Assembly: GCF_006345805.1 (NCBI RefSeq)
Contig: NC_043009.1
Span: 6,696,001 to 6,760,000 of the forward strand
Direction of reading: 5' to 3'
Source of the DNA: Octopus sinensis
Lineage: Eukaryota
Length of the DNA stretch: 64,000 nt
The first letter of the stretch is position 1. Each line of letters starts with the position of its first letter. A program made the translations under genes and the position numbers. The notes under the pieces are model-generated. The model ran no database searches. It was given only the letters and a program-made list of their open reading frames with translations, and was not told the DNA's origin. This document shows positions 1-12,200 of the stretch, in pieces.

Positions 1-193
1 CACATGCCTGACAGATATGATTAGTATGGTGTGTAACACCACGACCAGTGGCCAGGTTGTCACTCATCTGTCTCGCGTTATGACTACGAAGACGACTCTT
101 ATTTTTACATACATACATAGATACATACATACATACATACATACATACATGCATACATACATACATACATACATACATGCATGCATGCATGCA

Positions 194-226
<33 letters not shown>

Positions 227-3200
227 GGAGGCAGAAACTTGTAAGCAATGGCAATGTCAATATAAAAATTGTGTAGTTTCATGGTTTTATTGAAAAGCTG
301 GATTAGCAATTGATCGCTACTGGAAACAGATACAGAACTGAAAGAAAAAAGTTTCTCATTATGGTGGGTTTTCATTTAAATTAACTTAAGTATTATGATT
401 CACAATGTATTAAGGTTTCTAACATAAAGTTTATTAGTAATAGTAACATTGCTCCAAGCCAATTGGTCTATTTGTTTGGTTTTTTTATTATATTATACGG
501 TAAATCCATATAAAATTATATGATGTGCGTGTGTGTGCATAAGTATATCTGTGAGTTTATGAGCACATGCATTCATTCATACATATATACATACACACAC
601 ATATGTATATATGTATGTATTTACGTGTGTATGTATTTAAGACTGTTTATGTATGGGTGTGTGCGTTTGTTCTTTTGCAAATTTAGGAAGAAAAATTGTT
701 AAAGCAATATTTGCATGTAACTCTGTAATTCTGTAATTGGAGTACGTAAACCAATGAGCATCGGGGCTCAACATCCATTAATCACTCAGTCACGACACAC
801 ATGATATGATGGTGGAAATTTATGAAAGCCTTTCACGGAAATATACCAATCCTACTTAATCCAACACTTTTATACGCGTTCAGAATCAGTAAAACAAATA
901 AAAACCGAGATTATATTTCTGAAATTGGATTTAGATAGAGAATCATGCAGAATAAGAAGGACGGGAGACTAACAGACTGAAGCAAATTATATATTGAATA
1001 AATATAATAATATAATAAACAATAGAGTGTATAAACTACAGCATTTCTCCCCTCTTAAAGAATTCCGATGGAACACTTTAGAAAGACTGCAACAGTAAAT
1101 GTTTCCAGCAGCAATAATTCTGTCGTTTAAATAAAAACTAAAACAGCGATTAGAAGAACACACGCAACGGGTATTGATTTCTGCTGATGTTCACTTGAAA
1201 GGGAGCAACAGTTTTCAAAAACGTATTCCCCCTGCTTCGTTGGCTGTGTACCAAACTATTCAGGATATATATAAATCAGAAACAAATATTCTCTTTTTTC
1301 GAAATACCCTAAACGTGATTTATTTGCTCGTATTGATATCATGAGAGTGACTAGTAAAGTAAAAGAATTAAACGCGCCACGGGTATGATGAAAATCTGTA
1401 GCGGTATAGTCGTTTATCATAATTGGAAGCCATTTTTCTGAGTGTTCTGTTGAATAATTTAAAATTAAAAACAAAGAAAAACATATAATAATGAAAGAGT
1501 TGGGGGAAAAAAGAAGATAGAAAATTATGAAGTACAAAGGTAGAATCGTAAACTAAATGTAATAGAAAATGAAATAGATAGTATTGTTGGACGCGTCTAA
1601 AAGCTATCATTTTTAGGCGTTCGTTTTTCATTGATAACTAACAATGGGCTATTATCTCGAACTAAAAGTCCAGAAAATGACAGGAAATGGAGTCGTTTAA
1701 GTTCAATTAATATGAATTATTATGTACATTATAATGATAAAACATTGTTCGGAGTTACACCATCGTTTTAGCTATAATATGTAGATATCCGTTGCGAACG
1801 TTGAGGAATAATTTAACAGTTACCATTAATGTGGTTATTCTGAAAAATTTTATTGAAGTGGTGTTAGTATTTTCACTAATCTTATACTACTTTTGTTAGG
1901 TGCTTTTTAATTTCTACAAGTTTATGACTTTCTGACGTCATGAAATTATACGATTGTAAATATGGCTTTACTAGATTAATAGATATTACATTAGTGCAAA
2001 GTAAATGGATATCCGTCAGTTTTGACATTGAGTACCTCAGCCGTTCGTTCATCAAGCTTACCATATAATGCTTCTTTTGTCGATGTAGCTGTGGTTACGT
2101 GAGAGGTAAAGGACATCGAGTCTATGTGGTCGAGAGGTTTCTTTAAGACTTGCAAGCTGTTTTTTTCTGTTGTTTTTTATTTTTTGTCTGAACCAATGCA
2201 TGGAGGATTTATGTCTGTGAGTTTGGTCTGTAAGTGGGAGGTCGAAGATCATATCTAAAAGAATAGTTTCCATACCTCTTGCAGGGGTGTAGCTACAGTG
2301 TGTACCACCCTGGGCAATCTCTGGGTTTCCTTCACCCCCACACTCGGGCCCCCAATCCTATACAAGCTTAGAGAGCAGTTCTAAAAGTGACTCCCCTATA
2401 AAAGCGTTTCTCGGTGAGTAAAGAATTCTTAACACCCTCTTTGTTACGCTGTTGCCCTGTTGCTTTTTTCTTACAGGTCAGTGCAACGCAAGTGCGACGA
2501 AGAATTATTTTTAGCACAGAACGTCTGAGATCAGTTCAATCTGCTGAAATGAAGTGACATAGATGTGGAAGATCTATGGAGACTGCGTAGCATATAATAT
2601 TCTCGAATTGTCATGATAAGATAAATTTCGGTGATGTGATATTTGTAGAGAGCGTGGTGGTTTCGTACAAACAGCGTGGGGAGTTGCGCAATGGATCAAG
2701 GAGTAAGTGAAACATTTGTATTTTCTCTCAGGGATACAGGAAGGATATCAAGCTAATAATGTAACGAGCTGGTCCTTTTGAAAGGTTCCATTTCTGCATC
2801 AATATAAAGTGTAAGCTTTAAAGGTACGAATAAAGTTGTTCTTCACAGAGGGAGGTTGTGTAGTATATGAACTTGATACAAGAGATATACAGTGGCAGAT
2901 TTAATGGTGGCTGAAGAATTTAAGAGAACGGTAGAAGAATCAGATATATTTAAATAGCTATGGAATTGAGACAGAGTAGCTGAAAGACTATGCTGCATAT
3001 ATTCAAGGAAATAGGCGAGCGAAAAGGTGAGTAAGATCTTGAAATGCATAGACACTCTCCTTTGTGTTCAAATATTGACAGTATCGTGGACAACAGCGAT
3101 GACATGCAGAGATAGAGGGTGAAATAAGATTTCTGGTTAACGAAGTAGTAACTGGAGATGTGTGAGTTCTTTGTTGGGTAGAAATCTCAGATATTAGAAT

Positions 3201-3984
3201 ACGCTAAAAGGGATTTGTTTAATGGTTTTTAGCATATGGAGTCATGAATTTACGATCTCCTCAGCGCCGAAAGCCTGCCTCGTACAATAGTACAGAGTGA
3301 ACACTCGCAAAGACACCAGTGGCCCAGAAGGGGGTATTAAACCTACTTGGTGTCTCTAGCCCCACCAAGGAAAACGCTGGCAGCCAGTTTACCCTATAAC
3401 CACGGAACTAGCTCGGGCAAGGCAGTGCCAGGCTTATCATTATCCAAGTTCAAGCACCGACGCATCAAAGGTGTAGAGCTTATAGATAACTGAGAAGAAA
3501 TATATCAAATCAAATATAGTGAGCCAGAAAGGTGCTTTGATTGAATCGTAATTAAATCACACACGGAAAGAGGGAAACATTCTTTCGTCTTAACGATATT
3601 ATTTCTTCGTAGTCGCTCAATTTACCCCACACAAGAAACTGCGATCTAATCACTCATGAAATACACTACACTATCTCTCCAAAAGAAAATGAATAACGCA
3701 CTGAAAAATACAACACCATGACATAATAACTGTGAATTAAAAGAAGATATCATCATTGAAGGAATGATTCCGGTTACGGGTTCATACACCAGGTTCGTTT
3801 GCGGCCAAACAACAAAGACGCGTTCCCAAAAAGGTAAAGGTGAGAACTCAGAATCTAATTTCGAAATTATATAAAGAAATCAAATGAAAACATGCACTGG
3901 AGTCCATTCGATTTTTAGTGAATGAGAACGGTTGACGTCTGCGACCGATCTAAAGAGGAAGCCAAAAAAGATCGATCGATCGAT

Positions 3985-4018
3985 CGAATGATAGATAGAT
4001 AGAGAGAGAGAGAGAGAC

Positions 4019-4057
<39 letters not shown>

Positions 4058-4068
4058 GGCAGGCAGGC

Positions 4069-4157
<89 letters not shown>

Positions 4158-4320
4158 TATAGATGGATAGATAGACAGACAGATAGACATATAGGTAGAC
4201 AGATAGACAGAGGAAGAGAAAGATAGTTGGATAGAGCGAAATAGAAAGAGAGAGAGTTAGATAGATAAATAGATAGACAGACAGGAAGACAGACAGACAG
4301 ACAGATGGTCAGATAGGTAT
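3985..4320. repeat. Compound (AG)n/(AGAC)n/(AGAT)n microsatellite
   Basis: Directly visible. Confidence 0.96.
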
Positions 4321-5414
4321 GGTAGGTGCTACAGTTTAGAGACTGTAGCATTAAATACAAAGTGCAAGGCATTTCTCTCATTTTCTCTCTTTTCATCTTT
4401 ATCTGTCTCTGTCTCTCTTCCGCTCTCTCTCTCTCTCCCTCTCTGACTCATTCCAGATATTCTGCTGAGTAAAGAATGCGCAAATTTAGAAACTGTTTAA
4501 GTCGGCTCGCATCTAAAACAATAGGCTATGATATAACTTTCAAGTACATCTTTTCTATCTATCAAAAAGATTAAAAGAAGTTCATCTCAATTGTATATAA
4601 AAATGGAGTTTGCATTACCTTGCAGGATTTCGAAACAATTTTTTGAAATTCCTTCCTTGTGTTTACCATATAAGCATAATATTTTTAAATGCACTGACCA
4701 ATATCTTGAAAATCCTACGCGTCCCGCTAGTTTTCTATAAAAGCATATACGATTTACGGAAAGAATCATGTATAAGAGATGCATCTACTTACAACAATGT
4801 CTTTATAGCATTAGAACCCGAAAGAATGCATTTTTTGTATCATACGAATAAAGATATCCTACGATATCACAATCTCGTTTCTATCCATCAGTTTATCTCT
4901 GATTTGTATCCGCAAAAATGGCAATGTTTAATTAAAATAGCCATCTATGTATTATACTAAATGCACACACAATATCACTAGGCAAGTTACTGCAGTATTT
5001 CATCTGAGATAACAAATCTTTTAATCGTATCGTGTCGTTTCGAATGTGGATACGCACTGATGAACGGAATTAATTAAGTAATATAGCCTTCTGTATCTCT
5101 CATTTATTTCCGAGGAGTGTTCGTGTCGCTCATCTATGAGAATTACTGTGTTTTTTTAATTTTTTTTTTTTTTTTTGTACAGGATGTGTCTTTAAAGCGC
5201 TCTTCCGATATGCCGAAGCTTTGCAGCATTTAGAAACATACATATCATTAACCATGTGATATTTATATATGTATTTATACATAATAAACACACATACGCA
5301 CGCACACACACACACACACGTATGCACATGTGTGTGTGTTTGTGTTTGTGTGCGTGTGTGTATGTATATATGTATATATGTATATGTGTGTCCGTGTATA
5401 ATTTTGTCAAAGTG

Positions 5415-5490
5415 AATCTAGCCGAAGAGAACTAATCAAATTTACGATAACAAACGTAATTTGGAAAGTTCGAAACCTAGGTCTTAGATT
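5415..5490 (+). ncRNA. Type I hammerhead ribozyme motif with extended stem II, U4C core variant
   Basis: Stem I aatctag/ttagatt; core CCGAAGA (5422-5428, U4>C); stem II gaact/agttc plus caaatt-acg/cgt-aatttg; GAAA 5472-5475; palindromic stem III ACCUAGGU; GUC cleavage triplet, cut after 5483. Confidence 0.75.
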
Positions 5491-5573
5491 ATCCACATCT
5501 GGGTTGCACATTTATTCAATGTCCTTCCTACAGGTAAGACGAAATTTTTTATGTTCGCCGTCCGTAAACATCT

Positions 5574-5623
5574 TTCCCTTTCGTCGGACAGTTTTGTTAT
5601 CAAAACTGTCCGACGAACGGGAA
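5574..5623. other. 23-bp hairpin downstream of the hammerhead
   Basis: ttcgtcggacagttttg-TTAT-caaaactgtccgacgaa is a perfect 17-bp stem, extended by ttccc/gggaa after one mismatch. Confidence 0.9.
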
Positions 5624-6229
5624 CGTGAAACTCTGAGTAACAGCTTTTGTTATATTTCTGTGCTTTTAAATAAAGTGTGTATGTATATATATAAAGAGAA
5701 GCTTTACTATAGCGTCGCATTTTATCGCCTACTATTTGCAGTAAATACTGGTGCATTGTTGTACTACTATTCTATTTTTATACATGCACATGTATGCAAG
5801 TATATATGTATGTTGAGGCGATTCATCGAAAACGGATATATACTGGGAAATTGTATAACGTAAACTTTGCTTTCAAGAACTTAGAGAAACCTTCTGGAAA
5901 TAAATTTTGCCACCGAAAATAGAACGAACACTTTTAAGCGATAAAATGAAAGGACTTCGCCGCATGTCTGACCTCAGAATATTGGATTCGACTTATGTAG
6001 ACGGCAATACAAAAAGGGATAGAAAATGCCGTGGATTAGTGGGGACGGTAATCCCTCAACTAAATCATTTTAAAGTGTATTTTTTGGTAGGGAATTTTCC
6101 TTTAGCTCCTAAATTTATACATATAAACAGATACACAAATACACCCGCACACACAAACACGCACAGACGCATGCACAAACACATACGTATATAACATTTA
6201 TACAGTCTCCATATACGTATATATATTAT

Positions 6230-6293
6230 GTATACATATACATACATATATATATATATATTATATATATATATATATATATTATGTATACAT

Positions 6294-6348
<55 letters not shown>

Positions 6349-6488
6349 GTATGTATGTATAAATATATATATGTACATATAAATACACAAATACGCATTG
6401 TATATGCCTTGATGTATATGTCTGTGTATATATGTGTATATATATATTATGTATACATATATATACATGTATATACATATATATATGT

Positions 6489-6558
<70 letters not shown>

Positions 6559-7204
6559 ATATTTGTATATGTACGCATTAAGCTTGTTTGAATTCAATAA
6601 CAAATAGCATAAAGATATGTGATAGCTTGTTGAAATAACAACATATCCCTATAATATATATACGTGCATATATGAGGGGGGGGTGCGTGTGTGTATGTGC
6701 ATGCATGTATATATATATTCTTCTGTATTTTATTCACTTCTTTTTACAGTTTTGAAACTGGGATTTATTCAGAATTGTCCTCGTTGTTGTAAATCACTCA
6801 GTTAGAAACGGCTTGAATCCGTTCCGTATTGATAAGTCTTAACAAGCTCTGAATTATTGATTCTTTTTTTTGTTTCATTTTATTTTCTTTCCATCAAAAC
6901 TATCCGCATTATATAAATGGAAACAGCATCAGCCTAGAATATTCGAATGTACATTTGGCGATTTACGAGAAAGTGATGGAACCTACAAGTAAATGCATTT
7001 ACCCTGCAGGATCGTTTCATTTCAATTCATTGTGTTTAGCTGTGTTTAAACAGTTCACCTTTTTGAACCAAACTGTGCTTCATCAGATTATGAATGGAGA
7101 AGAAACTGCGTTACCCTCGTTTTCAATATTGTTACAATGTAGAAAATTCGATATGTAGATATATATGTATTTAATAATATATGCTTAGTTGCAAATACAT
7201 ATGC

Positions 7205-7248
<44 letters not shown>

Positions 7249-7533
7249 GTATATATATACATATATATATATAACTATATGCATATATATGTGTCTGTGT
7301 ATTACGTATGTATATATGTATAAATATGTGTATATATATATGTACAACTATGTATATATACACGCACATATATATGTTTATGTTTACATGTATATATATG
7401 TATATATATATATATGCGTGTATATTTATGTGTATACAGATATATAAACAAGCATATATATGTTTATGTATATATATATATATGTGTGTGTGTGTGTTTA
7501 CAAGTATATACATATACGCATACATTCATATGT

Positions 7534-7574
<41 letters not shown>

Positions 7575-7615
7575 TGTGTGTTTGAGAGTGTTTATGTATG
7601 TGTGTGTGCGTGTAA
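6230..7615. repeat. Two compound (TA)n/(TG)n microsatellite blocks (6230-6570, 7155-7615)
   Basis: Directly visible. Confidence 0.93.
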
Positions 7616-8995
7616 CAAGTTAGATTTTTTCCGGTATTAAATCTCCAAAAACATTTTTAACGACATTTCGCTGTCTTTATAGTAAAATGATTGATTTTTT
7701 TTTGTTTCGTTTCTTCTCTCTTTTTCTTTTCTTCGTTCCTATTTCCGTAAAGCTCTATATCTTAAAAAAACAAAATATATAACGATTTTTGCAATGCATA
7801 ACCAGGATGTTAAAATATATCATGTGTACCTTTTTACACTTTTTCTCTAATTCAGATGTTTTCAGTAACATTTTACTAATTGATAAAAAATGCTACAAAT
7901 GATTAGAAAGCAATTTAGGATGGAAAGGCTTTTAGAAAGACATTAATCGTGTTTATAAAATGAATTTAATATTTATTTTTAACTCTGAAAACATGGTTTA
8001 TTTACCTGCAGCATATATTTTTGCGATATTTGATGCGTTTTATGGTATACATGTTTTAAATCTAATTTAATGAATGTTTAAAATTTTAACACAAGTCCAG
8101 CACTTTAGGGGAAGAAGACAGTCGATTAAATCGACCCCAATGCTTAACTGATATTTATCAACTCGGAAGGATGAAAGACAAAATCAACTTTATCGGATTT
8201 TTTTTTTGGGGGGGGGGCGACAGAACATAAAACCCGAGGGAAATGCTGCCAAGCATTTTCCCCGACGCATTAAAGATCAGCGCTGATCAGATTCTACCTG
8301 ATCGGTGCTTTTAAAGTTATTTCAATAATATTCTCTAAATAGATTTCATTAGTGTTGTGGAAAGAGTTTTCACCGAAGCGCATGTTGACTAGGACAACTA
8401 ACCACGATACAGCCATGGTCTATTGGCAAGACAAATATCAATCCTTGTTACAGGAAGATCTTTCTCAAAACAAATTTTCAGTAACAGGCACATTTTTATC
8501 TGTTTCATCCAGAGGTTGTGTCCTTGTAGATGCACCGCCGAGGCTGATATATCTTTCATCACATATCTATGAAGTAAGGATGCCTTCTTCGCAATGGCTT
8601 TCTGATAACAAAAGCAGACATTTATTTTTTGTCGAAATTAACAACGCATCTCTTTTTGAATGAGAAGTTAAATAATTCATTGTATGATAGGCTGATCGTG
8701 GATGGATTGTCTCTAGTCCTTGGTCTCTTGCACTAAACAACTGCAACAAAAACAACAAAAAGAGACAACAAATAAGACCGAATTATATATATATTTATCA
8801 CTTATAAAATGTATAGATTAGCATTCGCATAATTGGAGCAGCAGGTCTTAGATGTTAATATCTTTAAAATGAGCGTGAGATGACGGAGAAAGATTAAAGA
8901 TGGAAACATGTTCCGACGATGAGGGGCATTAACTATATTTGTGAAATGAATTGTTTGTCTTTTCGTGTCTGATCTGACAATATTTCCTTTTTGCA

Positions 8996-10267
8996 TTAGG
9001 TTGAGGAATAATTCATCAGCAGTCTTTTCAAATTTATTTTCAATAAAAAAAGCTACAACAAATTAATCAATAATATACTCTCCGTTTTTGTTACGATTTC
9101 CTCCCGTCGTTTAGCAATCTTTCCGATGCCTCGGTGATAGAAATCTCCCGGTTTTGACTAAATGAATTCGTCCAACCGAGCCCTCACTTCCACGTCATTA
9201 TTGAACGATACACCGCGCAAAGTGTTCGAAAGCGGTCGAAAGAGATGAAAATCTGACGGCGACAAGTCAGGAGAGTATGGAGGAAGAGGCAACAATTACA
9301 GTTTGAGTTCTTGAATCGCGGCATCGGTCATATTGGTGATGTAAGAATGGGCATCGTCATGATGCAGAAGAACGCCATTTCACCTCTTCGGTCTTTTCTG
9401 CTGAATTGCTTCGTTGAGTCGGTGCAGCTGTTCACCGTAGAGCTCCGCATTGTGTGTTTGGTTGCGCTCAAGCAATTCGTAATCAATTATGCCTTCCCAG
9501 TCCCACCATACACACAACATTGTCTTTCAGAATGAAGGTCTTGTTTTTCTCGCGGTGTTGTTTGTTTCTCAGGGCTGCGCCATTCTTTTCGCTGCTTCAT
9601 ATTGACATAAAGTCACCATTTATCATCGCCAGTGACAATGTGGTAAAGACAACGCAGTTTCTGACCATGTGTTCAGTGATATTGAGCGAGCAAACTTGGG
9701 GTGATTGTGGAGTTTGATTTTTGTTGTTTCCGCTCAAAGTGTATGATACCCAAGCACCGGGTTTCTGAAAGTTGCCCATTGAGTGAAGGTGATTCACCAC
9801 AGTTTTTTATCACAATCCATTTGCTCCACCAATTCTCTGGTCCTTTTAGGTGGATTTTCGTGAAGAATGATTCAGTCTCTCTTCATCGAACTCAGTTGGT
9901 CGACCGGTGTGTGATCCGTCCATAAGGCCAAAATTTTTGAAGCGCGAAAACCAACGGTGGGCGACATTTTGAGACGTTGTTCCACACAGCACAAATTTTA
10001 CGATTAGCTGTGGCGGCTTTAACACCTCGATTAAATGCAAAAAACAAATGGTGTTGAAAAGGCTGAATTTTTTCCACTTGACATTCCAATTTTATGATCT
10101 CATAATACACAGAAATCAATAAAATAAAAAAATAATAACACACTATCTTATAGGGGGAAGATTTTTCTTTTAAATAACAGAAAACATTTTGAAAATGCGT
10201 TTTCTTTCTGCGTGAATTTTAAATTTGAAAAAAAAAGACAACACTCATGTATTATTCCTCAACTCAA
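8996..10267 (-). mobile_element. Full-length decayed mariner (DD34D-type) DNA transposon
   Basis: Imperfect TIRs (ttaggttgaggaataattcat... at 8996; reverse complement ...gtattattcctcaactcaa at 10267). Minus-strand transposase remnants: (M)ECQVEKIQPFQHHLFFAFNRGVKAA, IVTGDDKW, MLCVWWDWEGII, LLHHDDA, PYSPDLSPSDFHLF, with stops and frameshifts. Confidence 0.92.
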
Positions 10268-10564
10268 AATTTGGTTTGCAAGATTCTTGGTGTGGACTTC
10301 TCTGTTGGATCAGATTTTGTTTTATGTTTCGAGGTCAATTATATGAATAAGAAACACAAACATTGATTCAGTTTCACATTTCTGTTAATATTAATCAAAT
10401 AGTTAACGATTTAATCAATTAACTACCCGACTTTTTGATCACTCAATCAATCAGCTAATAATATCCAGGTTTATAACATTGATGATATCTCGAATTACCG
10501 AACGCATCATCAAACATTCGATTATTAAATTTGTTTGAATAATTAACATGTTTGGCTAATAATA

Positions 10565-10773
10565 TTTTCTACTATAAGCACAAAGCCTGAAATTTGGGGG
10601 ACGTGTCTAGTCGATTACATTGACCGCAGTTCTCAACTGGTACTTATTTCGTCGATCCCAAAAGATGATATACAAAGTCGACCTCGGCGGAATTTGAACT
10701 CGGAACGTAACGACAGATGAAATACCGCTAAGCATTTTACCCGGTGTACCGACGTTTCTGCCAGCTCGCCGCC
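10565..10773 (-). mobile_element. tRNA-derived SINE, family M (GGCGGCGAGCTGGCAGAA head)
   Basis: Box A/B-like head and shared body gtcgactttg...gtaccagtt; homologous to the copies at 23194, 49500 and 62775. Confidence 0.8.
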
Positions 10774-11391
10774 TTAACAAGTTGACTAATAAAAAACCTG
10801 TCTACTACATGGATACAGGCTGGAGGCTATATCAGCCGAAACGTTGTGTTAACAACAAATAAGATGAGGACAAATATCCGTCGAATGTAAAAAACATAAA
10901 TAATGTACATAATTCCTCACCTCTTAAATATAGAACTGTACATGCATTAAAGCCTGAAATTTTGCGGTAGGTATTATGTCGCTCGAATGGTACTTATTTT
11001 ATCGACCCAAAAATCATGACGGCGAGCACAATTTCGATGATGATAATGGTGATAATGATGATGAGATCGTAACTGTCGTAGGAATTCATAATAAGAATGA
11101 TGAAGACAAAGATGATGATGACGACGAGAACGACAACGACGACGGTGGCGAAGGTGGTGATGATGATGATGACGACGACGACGACGGTGCCGGTGACGAC
11201 AACGAGGCTTGCAATAACGACGATATAGATGGCCAAACATCACGATTGTAATAATGATGCTAGTCATGAATATAACAACCTTGGTGCCAATGAAACAACT
11301 GAAGATCAAGAAACAAAGAGGAGACGAAACATCATATCTTTAAAATAATAACAATAATAATAATACATTGCTATTATTATTATTATTATTA

Positions 11392-11919
11392 CTGAGTGAA
11401 AGAGCAGAGCATGCCATCAAAGTGACACTGGGGTAAAATATACGCAGCCCAGTATACCCATCATGACTACCCGTCTGATAAGGGTACACTAGGCACATGT
11501 ATCACAACCATATGTGCGCGACATAATGATCTCATATCAAAATAAACAGCGCATCACCTTGCAGGTGGGGACCCAGTTAGAATTTTCGAGTAGCCCATCC
11601 CGCCCAAAAGGTCCCTGAATAAGGATTGTTTAAGGATGTTGAAAGAACCACCCATGTTTCCAGAGGTGAACTATTCAAACCCCAAAGAATCCCTCTCAAC
11701 ACATGGCTATGATGCTGCCCCACTACTTCTGCTCGTGATCAGAGATGCACATATCGTCAGCCACTAAGGGACATGCTCAACTGGTTAAAGTCAAACAACT
11801 GACAAGCAAATCTGTGGTATTGAGCAGAATATTTGCTGTAGCCCATCTTTTATACCAAGACAAAACAGTGTACATGATAACACTTCCCAATCAGTTAAGA
11901 TCAGAAGCCATGAGAGCCT
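11392..11919 (-). mobile_element. ~530-bp non-coding element inserted in a (TAA)n tract; probable non-autonomous retroelement
   Basis: GC-richer block with sharp edges, flanked on both sides by (TTA)n on the + strand; no ORF; orientation inferred from the (TAA)n tail. Confidence 0.65.
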
Positions 11920-11963
11920 ATTTATTATTATTATTATCATTCTTCTTCTTCTTCTTCTTCTTC

Positions 11964-12035
<72 letters not shown>

Positions 12036-12052
12036 CTATATTATTTTTATTA

Positions 12053-12112
<60 letters not shown>

Positions 12113-12150
12113 CTATCATTATTATTATTATCATCATTATTATCATCATG

Positions 12151-12199
<49 letters not shown>

Positions 12200-12200
12200 G
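11920..12200. repeat. (TAT)n/(TTC)n/(CAT)n trinucleotide microsatellite
   Basis: Directly visible. Confidence 0.97.

Noticed and set aside
2283-2320. caggggtgtagctac, a hAT-like terminus
   Set aside because: No matching inverted partner or TSD found.
2480-3200. Purine-rich block resembling a decayed LINE ORF
   Set aside because: No motif could be read in any frame.
4456-4505. Hammerhead-like CUGCUGA...GAAACUGUU
   Set aside because: Core, stem II and stem III are all imperfect; not distinguishable from chance.
8380-8620. Non-repetitive block with open frames on both strands and a gaa|gtaagg donor-like site
   Set aside because: No recognisable product; splice-like signals of this strength occur by chance.
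11650-11780. Possible type III hammerhead on the minus strand (CAUGU-C-ccuuagugg-CUGACGA...GAAACAUG)
   Set aside because: Stem III pairs (5 bp), but stem I has only 2 bp and the ~90-nt stem II region does not close next to the core.
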